Notes: generated from the letters alone by a model not told the origin. A stretch of 64,000 nucleotides of DNA from an uncultured Planctomycetia bacterium (GCA_964642015.1 CAZXLF010000001.1:254375-318374); one strand, 5' to 3'. Shown: positions 10,165 through 21,382, counted from the stretch's first letter. Made by a program: numbers and translations.

Positions 10165-11156
10165 ATCCGAAGATCAGCGTTGTCATCCCGGTTTACAATG
10201 GCGAACGTTTTATCAAAAGGGCCGTTTGCAGCGTGCTGGGACAGGACTATAAAGCGCATGAGATCATTGTGATCGACGACGGTTCAGCCGATGGAACGTC
10301 CGCGATCTTAGAAGGTTTCAAAGACCGGGTCATCACCAAAAGGATCAAGAATGCCGGCGTTTCGAATGCAAGGAACGAAGGCATAAAACTTTCGACTGGA
10401 GATTATATTGCTTTTCTGGATGCGGATGATATCTGGTTCAGGCGTAAACTTAAGGCGCAAGTCGAGATGATGCAGAAATATCCCGAGATCGGGTTTTTTT
10501 GTTGTAATTATGTTCTGAGAGTTAAATACTTCGGCGATAGGCTGGTCAGGCATTTTTCAGGTCTGAAATATCAGAAGGACCTGAATTTCAACACACCGTC
10601 GGAAAAGCACCCTTTTCAGCTGCTTCTTCATGAACATTTTGTAGGCACTCCCTCAACCGTCGTTGTACGGCGAGATGTGATCGATAAGGTCGGGGGTTTT
10701 GATGTGCGGATCACGCATTGTGAAGATTACGATTTTTGGTTGCGATGCGCGACACAGACGAACTTTATTGTGATATCGGATGTCTTGCTTTATAAGAGAA
10801 AGCACGGACAGAATGCATCCAATGACATGATCCGATTGTACACTGCTTATAAAAAAGTGATCGTGGATACGATCGCCAATCACCGGGATTTTATTCAAGA
10901 GCACGTTTTTTGGCCATCCTGCCGTCGAGCGCTGGCCGAGATTACTTATTACTTAGGCGACCTCCATTTAGAAGCCGGGAAATATTCGGAGGCCTTTTCG
11001 TTGTATTTTAAAGGCTTTTTGGAAAAGAAAACGCCGTCCAATTTCTGTTTTTTTGTATGGCTTTCGTTTAAAAGATCGGTTCGAGCTTTGAAAGGAATGT
11101 TGACCAAAAATTCCTTACCTCAAACTTATCCGCTGAAGAATGGAGCGGTTCAATGA
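10161..11156 (+). CDS. Glycosyltransferase family 2
   Basis: ISVVIPVYN, IDDGS, FLDADD, EDYDFWLR. Confidence 0.9.
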   Translation: MNPKISVVIPVYNGERFIKRAVCSVLGQDYKAHEIIVIDDGSADGTSAILEGFKDRVITKRIKNAGVSNARNEGIKLSTGDYIAFLDADDIWFRRKLKAQVEMMQKYPEIGFFCCNYVLRVKYFGDRLVRHFSGLKYQKDLNFNTPSEKHPFQLLLHEHFVGTPSTVVVRRDVIDKVGGFDVRITHCEDYDFWLRCATQTNFIVISDVLLYKRKHGQNASNDMIRLYTAYKKVIVDTIANHRDFIQEHVFWPSCRRALAEITYYLGDLHLEAGKYSEAFSLYFKGFLEKKTPSNFCFFVWLSFKRSVRALKGMLTKNSLPQTYPLKNGAVQ

Positions 11157-12166
11157 ACAGCGCTTTGATAGATCCCAAGATCAGCGTGGTGATCCCGGTC
11201 TATAACGGCCAGACCTATATTCGGAAGACACTCGAGAGTGTGTTGGCTCAGGAATATCCAGCTCATGAGGTTATCGTGATCAACGACGGCTCTACGGACG
11301 GGACCCAAAGTGAACTTGATAGATTTGGAAGAAGAATAACCGTAAAGACCACGAGGAACGAAGGAGTTGCAGCCGCCAGAAATACCGGCATCGATCTGGC
11401 GACAGGAGAATATATTGCACTTCTGGATGCGGATGATATATGGTTCAAAATAAAATTAAAAAGTATCGTGGAGGCGATCAAGCGAAATCCTCAGGCAGGA
11501 TTTATTTGTTCTGACTATTTTGTGCGTCATCCTGAATTTGGCAACAAGATGCAGCGTCAATTCTGGATCCAACCCGGCATCGACCATTTTAATTTCGATG
11601 CACCTCTCAAGCGAAATCCTTTTGAAATGCTGCTTTTGTACGGCAATTTCGTCGGCACGCCGTCAGCCGTAGTTTTTAAAAAGGCGATCGCCAAAGAGTT
11701 CGGTTATTTTAAATCGCTCTTCAAGATCGTGGAAGATCTCTATTTTTTTCTTGGAATGGCGATGCGGACGTCTTACTTGATCATTGGCGAGCCGTTGTTC
11801 TACAAAAGAACGCATCATATGAACATGTCGAACGACAAGCTGAACACATACCTTGGTCATCGGGGAGTGCTTCAGTCGATCTTTGTCACCGAGAAGGCTT
11901 ATATAGAACGGCATCATCTGCAGCCGTCTTTCGGTGTGGCTTTGGCGAACATCAATTATGCCATTGGGAATATGTATTATGAATTCGGCGATAGGAACAG
12001 AGCTTTTGAGGCGTATCGTGAAGCACTTCGCAGCAGCGCGACACCAAAGAATATCCTGGATTATCTGTGGATCGTCTCCAAAAAATCGCTCAGGTCCGCG
12101 AGTCATAATAAAATAAGCCGAAGAAACTTTGGGTGGGATCGATTGAAAATGAAGCATAAGGCCTGA
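11153..12166 (+). CDS. Glycosyltransferase family 2 (paralog of 10161 and 25488)
   Basis: ISVVIPVYN, INDGSTD, LLDADD, NFVGTPS. Confidence 0.9.
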   Translation: MNSALIDPKISVVIPVYNGQTYIRKTLESVLAQEYPAHEVIVINDGSTDGTQSELDRFGRRITVKTTRNEGVAAARNTGIDLATGEYIALLDADDIWFKIKLKSIVEAIKRNPQAGFICSDYFVRHPEFGNKMQRQFWIQPGIDHFNFDAPLKRNPFEMLLLYGNFVGTPSAVVFKKAIAKEFGYFKSLFKIVEDLYFFLGMAMRTSYLIIGEPLFYKRTHHMNMSNDKLNTYLGHRGVLQSIFVTEKAYIERHHLQPSFGVALANINYAIGNMYYEFGDRNRAFEAYREALRSSATPKNILDYLWIVSKKSLRSASHNKISRRNFGWDRLKMKHKA

Positions 12167-12182
12167 CCCGGAAAAGGTATCC

Positions 12183-13436
12183 ATGAAGAACGAGCGTATC
12201 GAGCTGAAAGAGCTTCGTGTAGAAGGAAATAAGATCATTTATGCTTTTGAGTCGACACTTCCTTTTTTTAAAAAGAAGAGCTTTTTTGTGGAATATGAAA
12301 AGGATATTGCGGCGCCCGAATCTATTGCCGTGATACCATTCGCGGCGGTCATGTCTCCGATCTCGTGGGCCACAGGCGCTGATCTTATATTGCCTTCATT
12401 GGACAGAAAGTATGCCGGATCGCTCGAACACGGGGAACAATATTTCAAACGCTGGCTTGCTCAACGATGGCCTTTCGATGGGAAATTGAAGGCTCCGCTT
12501 GCCGATAATCGTGCCGAAACATCCAAAAGCGGAGTGCTTTTTAGCGGAGGCCTGGATTCTTTAACGACTTATGTCCGCTATAAGAATGAAAGGCCGGACC
12601 TCTTCATCATTTTTGGGGCGGATATCCCGATAATGAATGCGCGCTTCATCCAGCTGTGCAAGGATACTTACAGTAAATTTGCCGAGGAACAGAATGTGCG
12701 CATGAATTGTGTATATACAGATGTGAGACAGACGTATCACGATAAAGACCTTAGAAGATATTCGTTCAACTGGTACGGACAGGTCGCTCACGGAATGATG
12801 CTGACATCGATGGTGGCGCCTCTGGCTTATAAGGACCTAAAGACGCTTTATATCGCCAGTTCTCACACGACGGCTGCCGGCATCCAACCATGGGGCAGCG
12901 ATAAGCCGCTTGATGATGGTATTGCCTGGGTGAATACCGGTGTGATCCACGACAATGAAGACAGGAACAGATTCCAGAAGATCGCTTTTGATCTTAAAGG
13001 TCATCACGACGTTTATAAATACCTGCGCGTATGCTGGTCGCAGTTCCAGGAATTCAATTGCAGTCATTGCGAGAAATGCATGCGGACCATATCGGATCTT
13101 TTGCTGAATGACATCGACCCCAGCCTTTGTAATTTCCGAGTCTCCAAAGGCACTTTCGTCAGGCTCAAAGAGATCTTTTCAAAACGTTACAAGTTTTACG
13201 GTTATTTCCAGGGACGAGAAGGGGTCATGGACTACTGGCGCGAAATGCGCAGATCGATCGACGTCAGCAAGATCAATGATCGGTACGGCTCGAAAGAATT
13301 TTTTGAGTGGTTCCGGCATTTTGATGACATAGACCGCAAGCAAAACAAAGTTTTGGTATTCATCTTTCTTCGGCTGGCGAGACTGAAGCAGCGATTTTTC
13401 AAGAGTCAGAACAGCGGAGTATTGGCAAAGCCATGA
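12183..13436 (+). CDS. Uncharacterised PP-loop (N-type ATP pyrophosphatase) protein with Cys-rich C-terminal motif
   Basis: LFSGGLDS PP-loop; LRVCW...NCSHCEKCMRT Cys cluster. Confidence 0.6.
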   Translation: MKNERIELKELRVEGNKIIYAFESTLPFFKKKSFFVEYEKDIAAPESIAVIPFAAVMSPISWATGADLILPSLDRKYAGSLEHGEQYFKRWLAQRWPFDGKLKAPLADNRAETSKSGVLFSGGLDSLTTYVRYKNERPDLFIIFGADIPIMNARFIQLCKDTYSKFAEEQNVRMNCVYTDVRQTYHDKDLRRYSFNWYGQVAHGMMLTSMVAPLAYKDLKTLYIASSHTTAAGIQPWGSDKPLDDGIAWVNTGVIHDNEDRNRFQKIAFDLKGHHDVYKYLRVCWSQFQEFNCSHCEKCMRTISDLLLNDIDPSLCNFRVSKGTFVRLKEIFSKRYKFYGYFQGREGVMDYWREMRRSIDVSKINDRYGSKEFFEWFRHFDDIDRKQNKVLVFIFLRLARLKQRFFKSQNSGVLAKP

Positions 13437-14734
13437 ACCAAGAACGGCCTTTATTCATTTTAGCGGGCAACGGGCCTTATGAGAATCGGGGATGCGAGGC
13501 GATTATTCGAGGGACCGTAAACGTGATCCGCCGGCAATATAAGGATCCTCAATTTGTCGTTTGCAGTCAGTTTAAGAATAAAGAAGGCCTCGTCAGGCAG
13601 CAGCGCTCCGAAGAAGATACCGCTATCCGCCATGTACGGATGCGTTTATTACCGTCGGCTCCTGCAGGAATCATCTTTGGCAGTTTTCTGAACAAGGTTT
13701 TATGGAAGATCTATTCCCTGGCGCCTGGGCCAAGGAGAGAATATGTTTATCAGGAGATAGCGCCTTTTATGGATCGTGCCGAAGCTGTTTTATCGGTCGG
13801 CGGCGACAATTATACCTCGGATTATAGTACGATCGGTTATTTCATCGACCTGGACGATTATGCCTTGAGCCGAAAAAAGAAATTGATCATCTGGGGGGCC
13901 TCGATCGGGCCGTTCTCAAAAGACTCCGACCGGGAATCGTCGATGGCAGAACATTTAAAGAAGCAAACGGCGTTATTTGTGCGTGAAAGTGTGTCACTCG
14001 AATACTTATCGACAATAGGTGTCAGGCACAATGTTTTTCGATGTATTGATCCTGCTTTCACGATGACCGCCAAAGAACCCAGGGACGCGTTTCAGTACGG
14101 CGAACTCGCGTCTTCTGTCGGGGTCAACTTAAGTCCGCTGATGTCCAGGTTCGTCTGCGCGGGAGATGATGCTCAATGGCTTGCATTGGCCTCAGATACT
14201 GTGCGGTCTATTTACGAAGCGTCTCATCGCCCGATCCTGCTTATCCCTCATGTATTCGAAGAAGGGAACGATGATCTATCGTTTTTGGATCAGATCTGTA
14301 AGCAGGTAAATTTGCCTGACGTTAAAGTTTTGTCCGGAGATCATGATGCTGCGGAGACTAAATGGTTCATTTCAAATTGTTCCGTTTTTGTGGGTGCCAG
14401 GACTCATTCCGCGATCGCGGCGTATTCAACCAATGTTCCCGCACTGACATTGAGTTACAGCGCGAAGGCAAAAGGTCTTAATGAAGATATTTATGGCGAT
14501 CCAAGTTTTTGTATCCCTGCGTCCGAGTATTCGGCGGATAAAGTGACAACCAAGATTATGGAGTTGATCAACAAGCGGCAGCAGATCTGTGATTCTTTAA
14601 AGGATAAGATCAATAGAATGGTGCATCAAGCCTATGAAAGCGGGCGGACCCTTAAGGAGATCTGTGAAGGACAGATAGAAGACCTTAGTATTCAAGATGC
14701 CGGATCCCGAGTTCATAGTGAGGTTTTATCATGA
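13433..14734 (+). CDS. Polysaccharide pyruvyl transferase family protein (WcaK-like)
   Basis: NRGCEAI, SVGGDNY, GASIGPF, VRESVS, GARTHSAIAA. Confidence 0.85.
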   Translation: MNQERPLFILAGNGPYENRGCEAIIRGTVNVIRRQYKDPQFVVCSQFKNKEGLVRQQRSEEDTAIRHVRMRLLPSAPAGIIFGSFLNKVLWKIYSLAPGPRREYVYQEIAPFMDRAEAVLSVGGDNYTSDYSTIGYFIDLDDYALSRKKKLIIWGASIGPFSKDSDRESSMAEHLKKQTALFVRESVSLEYLSTIGVRHNVFRCIDPAFTMTAKEPRDAFQYGELASSVGVNLSPLMSRFVCAGDDAQWLALASDTVRSIYEASHRPILLIPHVFEEGNDDLSFLDQICKQVNLPDVKVLSGDHDAAETKWFISNCSVFVGARTHSAIAAYSTNVPALTLSYSAKAKGLNEDIYGDPSFCIPASEYSADKVTTKIMELINKRQQICDSLKDKINRMVHQAYESGRTLKEICEGQIEDLSIQDAGSRVHSEVLS

Positions 14735-15660
14735 AGATCAGCGTGATAATCCCGACCATGAATCGGCCACAGGATGTCCACGTCGTGTTGGAATCTATCG
14801 CAAAACAGACGCGCATACCCGAAGAAGTGCTTGTGATCGACCAGAGCATCGATGACAAGACAAAGAGTGAGGTGGATTCGATACAGAAAAGATTTCCCAA
14901 GCTCGCATCGGTCGTGCGTCATTATGTTCAGGAAGAGAAGAGTCTGGTGAAGGCGCGTAACCGCGGTCTTTCACTGGCCAAAGGGGAACTGATCAGTTTT
15001 TTGGACGATGATTCCGAAGTTTTTCCGGATTATTATCAACATATCGAGGCGTTCTTTGAAGCGGAGCCGCTGGTCGGCGGATTAAGCGGCAACACGATCC
15101 CTAAGGAGAAATTCGAGGGATTAGGTTGGCGCTTGAGACAGACGCTGATGCAGTTTTTTTTGTTAAGCGACTGGAACGGTCATATGACGGCATCCGGTTT
15201 TGGCCACCCGATCTATGAAAGGGAGATCGATCGCACAGTTTCCGTGGATCTTTTGCCCGGGTGCAATATGAATTTCCGCTCTGAATGCATTCAAGGCGAG
15301 AAATTCGATGAATGGTTCAGCGGTTATAGTTTTAGAGAAGACGTCGACTTTTGTTATAGAATATCCAGAAAAACGTTTCTTAAGATGATCCCCGATGCGA
15401 AGCTGTACCATCATTATTCGACAGGTAACCGGATGAATATCGGCAAGCTCCGGAAAATGGAGATGCGTAACAATCATTATCTGTTCAAAAAATACAAATA
15501 TAAAAATATGTTCTCCAACCTCCTTTTTTGTTACTCGCTATGCGGCTCTATTAGTATTGACCTGATCGAGTTCTTGACCAGCTGGGATAAGTTAAAATTC
15601 GACAAGCTTTGCGGAGGAGTATCGGCTTCATTTGATATCTTGAGGAAACCGGCATCATGA
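14731..15660 (+). CDS. Glycosyltransferase family 2
   Basis: [30 protein letters not shown]. Confidence 0.9.
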   Translation: MKISVIIPTMNRPQDVHVVLESIAKQTRIPEEVLVIDQSIDDKTKSEVDSIQKRFPKLASVVRHYVQEEKSLVKARNRGLSLAKGELISFLDDDSEVFPDYYQHIEAFFEAEPLVGGLSGNTIPKEKFEGLGWRLRQTLMQFFLLSDWNGHMTASGFGHPIYEREIDRTVSVDLLPGCNMNFRSECIQGEKFDEWFSGYSFREDVDFCYRISRKTFLKMIPDAKLYHHYSTGNRMNIGKLRKMEMRNNHYLFKKYKYKNMFSNLLFCYSLCGSISIDLIEFLTSWDKLKFDKLCGGVSASFDILRKPAS

Positions 15661-16196
15661 GAAAAACAGAGCGCATCTTTTCAAGAATGCATTTTAATTT
15701 CTTACGAGCGTTTTGTGGATCGGGCAAAATAAAAACGTCGGGAAAGAATTATCTGTCCTGTGGGAAGGTGTGGATCGCGGGCGGAAGCCAATGGCATCTT
15801 GGTTCGGATAATGTGATCGAACGCGGAGTGGATATTGACTTGTCCGGCGGCAAGCTGATCATGGGATCCCATAATTATTTTAATCAAAACGTGAAGATCG
15901 CATCTTTGGGTGAAGTCAAGATCGGCAATGATTGTCTTCTTGCTGATTCCGTACAGATCTATGATCACAGCCACCGTTTTGATGACAATCAAAAGCTTAT
16001 CCGCGAGCAGGGACATGAAGTGAAGCCTGTGGCGATAGGCGATAACGTTTGGATCGGCGCAAGGTCTATTATCCTTTCGGGTGTTCATATAGGAAGTAAT
16101 TCCGTGATCGGGGCGGGTTCGGTGGTAACCAAAGACATTCCCGCCAATGCCATCGCAGCCGGAGTGCCCGCCAAAGTCATCCGGATGCGGACATAA
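15657..16196 (+). CDS. Hexapeptide-repeat (LbH) O-acyltransferase
   Basis: [36 protein letters not shown]...GVPAKVI. Confidence 0.9.
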   Translation: MRKTERIFSRMHFNFLRAFCGSGKIKTSGKNYLSCGKVWIAGGSQWHLGSDNVIERGVDIDLSGGKLIMGSHNYFNQNVKIASLGEVKIGNDCLLADSVQIYDHSHRFDDNQKLIREQGHEVKPVAIGDNVWIGARSIILSGVHIGSNSVIGAGSVVTKDIPANAIAAGVPAKVIRMRT

Positions 16197-16205
16197 GCGA
16201 CCGGT

Positions 16206-17171
16206 ATGTCTGAAAATACGCGCAAACCAACGCCCGTCTCGGTGATCGTCCTGAATTATAACCGGCGCTCAGAATTGAAAGATACTTTGAAAGATATTCT
16301 GGCGCAGGACTATCCGTCGCTCGAAGTGATCGTAGCTGATAACGCTTCGACGGACGGTTCGCGGGAAATGGTCCAAAAAGAATTTCCATCTGTCAAACTC
16401 GTAACATTTGCGGAAAATATAGGCACGCACGCGCGTCGTGTCGCGGCCGAAAGAGCCGCCGGGGATTATGTCGTCATGTACGATGATGACAGCGGCCCTT
16501 CAACGCCCACCACTATCCGCGGCATCGCAGATTTTTTTGACCGAAGATCCGAAGCCTCAGTGGTCTGCACCGCGATCTACCGCACGCGCTCCGGTTATTT
16601 TGAAACGTGGAATTGGGAATCTTTCGCGGTCGGTGGCGACGCCGAAAACGGTTTTGAGGGTCTTTTTCTTCACGGCTCAGGGACTGCATATCGCCGCGAG
16701 CATCTTCTCAAGACCAGCGCTTTTGACAATGACCTTTTCTGGGGTGACGAAGAATTTGACGCGGCGCTCAACCTGATCGCGCACGGATTCCGCATCTTTT
16801 ATTTTCCGCGTGTCGTGACCAATCACCGCGCTTCATTCACCAACCGCAATAAAGCGAGGTTTTACAGGGTGGTGCCAAGGAATCACCTGGTGACTTTTTT
16901 TAAATATTTTGACACGACTCAAGCGCTCGGATTTTTTTTCAAAGAGATCTTTTATATGTCGCTTCTGGCACGTACTTATTTTCCCTATGTGCTTTTAGGA
17001 GTGTTCGATGCTTTACAACGCTTAGCAAGAACAAAAGGCGAGCGTGTGAGGATCCCTGAAGAGTTCAGACCTTATCTGCGCGAAGTCCGTGAACATCGTT
17101 ATCCCGGTTTATTTGCCTGGTATCGTCAGCAGCAGGCGCTTAGAAAATACCGCAAGATGAAAGATTATTAA
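16206..17171 (+). CDS. Glycosyltransferase family 2
   Basis: VSVIVLNYN, DNASTDGS, YDDD, GDEEFD. Confidence 0.85.
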   Translation: MSENTRKPTPVSVIVLNYNRRSELKDTLKDILAQDYPSLEVIVADNASTDGSREMVQKEFPSVKLVTFAENIGTHARRVAAERAAGDYVVMYDDDSGPSTPTTIRGIADFFDRRSEASVVCTAIYRTRSGYFETWNWESFAVGGDAENGFEGLFLHGSGTAYRREHLLKTSAFDNDLFWGDEEFDAALNLIAHGFRIFYFPRVVTNHRASFTNRNKARFYRVVPRNHLVTFFKYFDTTQALGFFFKEIFYMSLLARTYFPYVLLGVFDALQRLARTKGERVRIPEEFRPYLREVREHRYPGLFAWYRQQQALRKYRKMKDY

Positions 17172-17172
17172 G

Positions 17173-18321
17173 ATGAAGCAAAAGATACTGCATGTGATCA
17201 AAACTCTTGAGCTTGGCGGCGCGGAAACGAACCTTTGCAATCTGCTTCAGGCGTTCGATCCGGCCAAATTCGAACATCATGTGGCTTATTCATTCGGCGG
17301 TGAGATCGAAGAAAATTTGAAGAAAATTCCGCATGTGAAGCTTTATAAATACAGCCGGGGCAAACACAAGATCGCGAGTCTTCATACTTTATTTATCATC
17401 GCGCGGCTCCGGTCTTATATGAAACGTGAGCATATTTCTGTTGTCCATACGCATAATTTTAACGCACATTTTTGGGCAGTTTATGCCGCTAAGCTTGCCG
17501 GCGTCAAAGTTGTCGAGCATGTGCATGATTTTCGATATTTTGAAATTAAGGAATTAGAAAAACGCCGAGGCGTCGCGAATTTGAACCGGCATATAGGAAA
17601 ATTCAAAGGGTTATCGGATATCGTGGTGGTGCTGACCGAACAGAATAGAGAATTTCTGGTCAAAAACGGATTTTACAAGCAAAATAAGGTGAGAATTATC
17701 CCGAATGGGATCTCTTTGCGAAACAACGTCCGCTCTGACAGGAAAGAAGTAATGTCAGAATTTAAGATAGACGAACATTCTCTTTTGGTTTTGACGGCTT
17801 CCAGGATGGCGCCGACCAAAAATATCGAATTGGTCGTACGCATTGCGCCCGAGGTGCTGCGCCAAGTTCCTGACGCGGTGTTTTTGATCGCCGGAAACGG
17901 GGAACTTCTGGACTCTTTAAAGAAAGAAGCCGCCGAAAAAAATGTGGCTGACCGCGTACGTTTCGTGGGTTTCCACGCGGATATTCATAGACTTCTCGGT
18001 GCATCAGACCTTTTTTTACTGCCGTCCTTCCTCGAGCTTCATTCGATATCGATCCTTGAAGCGATGAGTATGGGTGTTCCGTGCGTAGTCTCGTCCGGCG
18101 TGGGTTGCAATAACGAGACTTTCGATTCTTGGAAGAACGGCGTTCTAGCCGATCCGTACGACGCGCCCTCTTGGTCTAACGCGGTGGTAAAATTGCTGCA
18201 AGATGAAGCGCTGAGGAAGAATATGGGAAAGAGCGGCCTTGAGCTCTGCAAGGCAAGGTTCGATATCCGCAAGACTGCCGCGCAATTCGAAGCCCTTTAC
18301 GAGGAACTTTGCGTTGAATAG
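17173..18321 (+). CDS. Glycosyltransferase family 4
   Basis: LGGAE N-terminus, HTH, PSFLELHSISILEAMSMG. Confidence 0.88.
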   Translation: MKQKILHVIKTLELGGAETNLCNLLQAFDPAKFEHHVAYSFGGEIEENLKKIPHVKLYKYSRGKHKIASLHTLFIIARLRSYMKREHISVVHTHNFNAHFWAVYAAKLAGVKVVEHVHDFRYFEIKELEKRRGVANLNRHIGKFKGLSDIVVVLTEQNREFLVKNGFYKQNKVRIIPNGISLRNNVRSDRKEVMSEFKIDEHSLLVLTASRMAPTKNIELVVRIAPEVLRQVPDAVFLIAGNGELLDSLKKEAAEKNVADRVRFVGFHADIHRLLGASDLFLLPSFLELHSISILEAMSMGVPCVVSSGVGCNNETFDSWKNGVLADPYDAPSWSNAVVKLLQDEALRKNMGKSGLELCKARFDIRKTAAQFEALYEELCVE

Positions 18322-19723
18322 GTTATTTTTGATCGTGTCATGTTTTGTTCTGGCATTCGGTACGGCGTTGGGGCTGCTTTATTTTTCTCCGATGCTGACA
18401 AAAAATGTGATGTTCGTTGCGCTGATACCGTTCGCGGCGCTGTATGTTTTGGTCATGTTCCTGGACGCCAAATGGATGATGCTGCTCCTGCTTTACACTC
18501 GGTCGCTGCTTGATCCGATCCTGAACATGACAAAGTTCGGCAGCGAGGGAGGCGGCGGCGCGGGAATGGGGGCCGTATTGAATCTTCTCGTCATAGCGCT
18601 TGTGGTCATTTTATTGTGCCGTTTCCCCGGGCAGATCACAGGTCACCGTGTATTCATTAGGACGTGGCTTTTTTTTCTTGGATTCTGTTTCTTGTCAGTG
18701 CTCTTGTCGCCGGACCGTATCAAATCGTTCAAGCTTTGGACCAATCTACTGACCTACCTTTGCATTGTGCTTATTCCGTTCATGATCGTTAAAAAACCGG
18801 AAGACAAAAAATTCTGGATCAAAACACTGCTTTATTCTTCTTATCTGCCGGTGGCCTTGGCTTATGTGGGTGTGGTGACCAAACATCCGTTCTTTTATGC
18901 GTTTGAGCGCCTTAAAGGCACGTTCACGCACTCAAATATTCTGGCTTTTTATCTGGCGCTTGTGATCGCGGTCGTTTTTTACATTCTGAAAACCAAACAA
19001 TTCGGACTATCCTTTGAAAAAAGAGCGCTTCTTTGGATCTATCAGCTGCTTTTACTGGTATTGCTCATCATCACGCAGACCAGAAGCGCCTGGATCTCGT
19101 GTGCGGGACTTTTTGTGATCTATTCGGTATTCAAGGAGCGCAAATATCTCTTCATACTGATGATCATCGGCCCGCTTATATTTTTGATCCCGCAAGTTCA
19201 ATCGCGTCTCAGCGATCTTTCCGAAGGTACGGGGACCAGAACGTATGAAAAGCTGAACTCAATGGCTTGGCGTCTCAAATTGTGGGAAAGCAGTCTTGAT
19301 TCGATCAAGCGCCGGCCTGTCAGCGGATACGGCCTCGGGACTTTCGAGCAGATGTCGGTGGATTTCTTTTCTTTGGAGAAAAAGACAGGCGCTCCGGCTC
19401 ACAATTCTTATTTGGAACTTTTATTCGAAACAGGGGTCATTGGTTTACTGAGTTATTTAGCCATCTACTGGGCGATACTCAAAGAGCTTTTTTCTAAAAT
19501 GAAAAGCAAGGTCCGCCTGCTTTCTGTGGAAGCGACGGTCGTTTTCGCGTATACGATCGGCTACATTCTTGTCGGATTATCGGATAACACGCTGTATTAT
19601 CTGGCGTTCAACTGGTATTTCTGGTTCTTCATCGGGCTCATTCTTCAGTCCTTTCTTCTGTCTGACCGAGAAAAGGAAGGTAATGCAGAGTCAAAAGCTC
19701 TACGTACCGCGAAAAAAGCATGA
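18314..19723 (+). CDS. Wzy polymerase / O-antigen ligase family protein
   Basis: Multi-TM protein with RLKGTFTHSN, TQTRSAW, GYGLGTF, AHNSYL. TTG at 18314 follows a GAGGA RBS (ORF track starts at 18239). Confidence 0.85.
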   Translation: MNRLFLIVSCFVLAFGTALGLLYFSPMLTKNVMFVALIPFAALYVLVMFLDAKWMMLLLLYTRSLLDPILNMTKFGSEGGGGAGMGAVLNLLVIALVVILLCRFPGQITGHRVFIRTWLFFLGFCFLSVLLSPDRIKSFKLWTNLLTYLCIVLIPFMIVKKPEDKKFWIKTLLYSSYLPVALAYVGVVTKHPFFYAFERLKGTFTHSNILAFYLALVIAVVFYILKTKQFGLSFEKRALLWIYQLLLLVLLIITQTRSAWISCAGLFVIYSVFKERKYLFILMIIGPLIFLIPQVQSRLSDLSEGTGTRTYEKLNSMAWRLKLWESSLDSIKRRPVSGYGLGTFEQMSVDFFSLEKKTGAPAHNSYLELLFETGVIGLLSYLAIYWAILKELFSKMKSKVRLLSVEATVVFAYTIGYILVGLSDNTLYYLAFNWYFWFFIGLILQSFLLSDREKEGNAESKALRTAKKA

Positions 19724-20619
19724 ACAAGATCTCGGTCGTGATCCCTTCATACAATTCATTTCTGACGATACGTTACACCATCGACGCGCTTTTGGGGCAG
19801 GAAAAAGAGCTGTTGGAAGAAATCATTGTGGTTGATTCGTCGGATGACCAGAAGACGCGCGACCTTTTATCGTGTTATGACAACCCAAAGTTGAAAACCA
19901 TTCTTCTGCCAAAAAAAACGGTTCCTGCGATAGGAAGAAATATTGGCGCGGAGAAGGCGAGGGCGCGTGTTATCGCGTTCATTGATTCGGACGCGTATCC
20001 CGCCGATGATTGGCTTAACAAGATATCCGAAGCGGCCGATGAGGGCGTTTTGGTCGGCGGAGGCTCGATCGCGCTTCCGACCTTTCAAAGGTGGTCGCTG
20101 ATAGCGGGTGCGCAGTATCTGCTGCAGTTCAATGAATTCATCGATCATGGTGAAAAAAGGCAGAAATCGTTTGTGCCGTCCTGTAATCTTTTCTGTGAAA
20201 AAGCGCTGTTTCAGAGTATCGGAGGCTTTCCGGATATCCGCGCCTCGGAAGACGTGCTGTTCGGGTTCAAGGCCGGCGAGAAAACCAAATTGTATTTCAT
20301 CCCGGACATAAAGGTGTATCATATATTCCGGAAGGAATTCGGGGGCTATCTCAGGAATCAAGAGTTGCTTGGGCGGTACATCCTGATATACCGCCGTCAG
20401 CGTTCTGATAGCTGGATATATAAAGGTTTGGCCGCGGCGGCCTTTTTACCTGCGTTCTTGGTGATCAAATTTTTGAGGATCAGCCAAAGAGTGTTGACCA
20501 GCTTCAATATGGAACTTTATACGCTTTTTGTTGTTTCGTTGCCGTTATTCCTTTTAGGACTTTGTTCGTGGGCGTGGGGGTTTTTTCAAGGCAGTATTTC
20601 TAAGGAAGAGCCGGTATGA
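19720..20619 (+). CDS. Glycosyltransferase family 2
   Basis: ISVVIPSYN, FIDSD, GGFP...SEDVLF, C-terminal hydrophobic helices. Confidence 0.88.
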   Translation: MNKISVVIPSYNSFLTIRYTIDALLGQEKELLEEIIVVDSSDDQKTRDLLSCYDNPKLKTILLPKKTVPAIGRNIGAEKARARVIAFIDSDAYPADDWLNKISEAADEGVLVGGGSIALPTFQRWSLIAGAQYLLQFNEFIDHGEKRQKSFVPSCNLFCEKALFQSIGGFPDIRASEDVLFGFKAGEKTKLYFIPDIKVYHIFRKEFGGYLRNQELLGRYILIYRRQRSDSWIYKGLAAAAFLPAFLVIKFLRISQRVLTSFNMELYTLFVVSLPLFLLGLCSWAWGFFQGSISKEEPV

Positions 20620-21377
20620 GCCCAGATGGCAGAGTGAATATCTGTGGGGTCCAGATCGACAACTTGACGATGCGCGGGTCTTTGGAACGCATCGGCGATC
20701 TGGTGCGTCAGAGAAAGCCGTCATATGTGATCACGCCGAATGCTGATCACATTGTAAAAGTCCAGAATGACGCTCTGTTCAAGAAGATCTATGCGGAGGC
20801 GTCGCTTGTGCTAGCTGACGGCATGCCCTTGATCTGGGCTTCCTATTTTCTTGGGACCCCTCTTAAGGAAAAAGTTTCCGGGTCTGATCTTGTTCCTGAG
20901 CTTTGCCGGGAAGCCGCAAAAAAAGGATACCGCCTTTTTTTTCTCGGAGGCCGTCCGGGAGCGGCGGACCGGGCCAAAGAGTTTCTGGAAAAAGAGTTCC
21001 CTAAGATCAACATCGTGGGAACGGATTGCCCGCCGCTTGGTTTTGAAAAGGATGCCGCTGAAATGCGCAGGATCTCTGAAAAGATCAAGCGGTCCGCACC
21101 GGATATTTTACTGGTGGGCCTCGGAGCTCCTAAACAGGAAAAATGGATCTATGATTCCCACAATGATGTGCAGGTTCCTGTCAGCGTCGGCGTCGGCGTT
21201 ACATTCGAATTTATCGCAAAGATAGTCAAGCGCGCGCCGAAGTGGATGCAAAAAGCCGGATTGGAATGGTCCTGGCGGCTTGTCATGGAACCCAAAAGGT
21301 TGTGGCGAAGATATCTTTTAGACGACCCTGTCTTTTTTGTTCTCGTATTGAAACAAAAGTTCTCAAAGAAAAAATAA
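20616..21377 (+). CDS. WecB/TagA/CpsF (WecG-like, GT26) glycosyltransferase
   Basis: ITPNADH, LADGMP, KVSGSDL, GLGAPKQEKW, RAPKWMQKAGLEW, EPKRLWRRY. Confidence 0.92.
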   Translation: MSPDGRVNICGVQIDNLTMRGSLERIGDLVRQRKPSYVITPNADHIVKVQNDALFKKIYAEASLVLADGMPLIWASYFLGTPLKEKVSGSDLVPELCREAAKKGYRLFFLGGRPGAADRAKEFLEKEFPKINIVGTDCPPLGFEKDAAEMRRISEKIKRSAPDILLVGLGAPKQEKWIYDSHNDVQVPVSVGVGVTFEFIAKIVKRAPKWMQKAGLEWSWRLVMEPKRLWRRYLLDDPVFFVLVLKQKFSKKK

Positions 21378-21382
21378 ATCCC

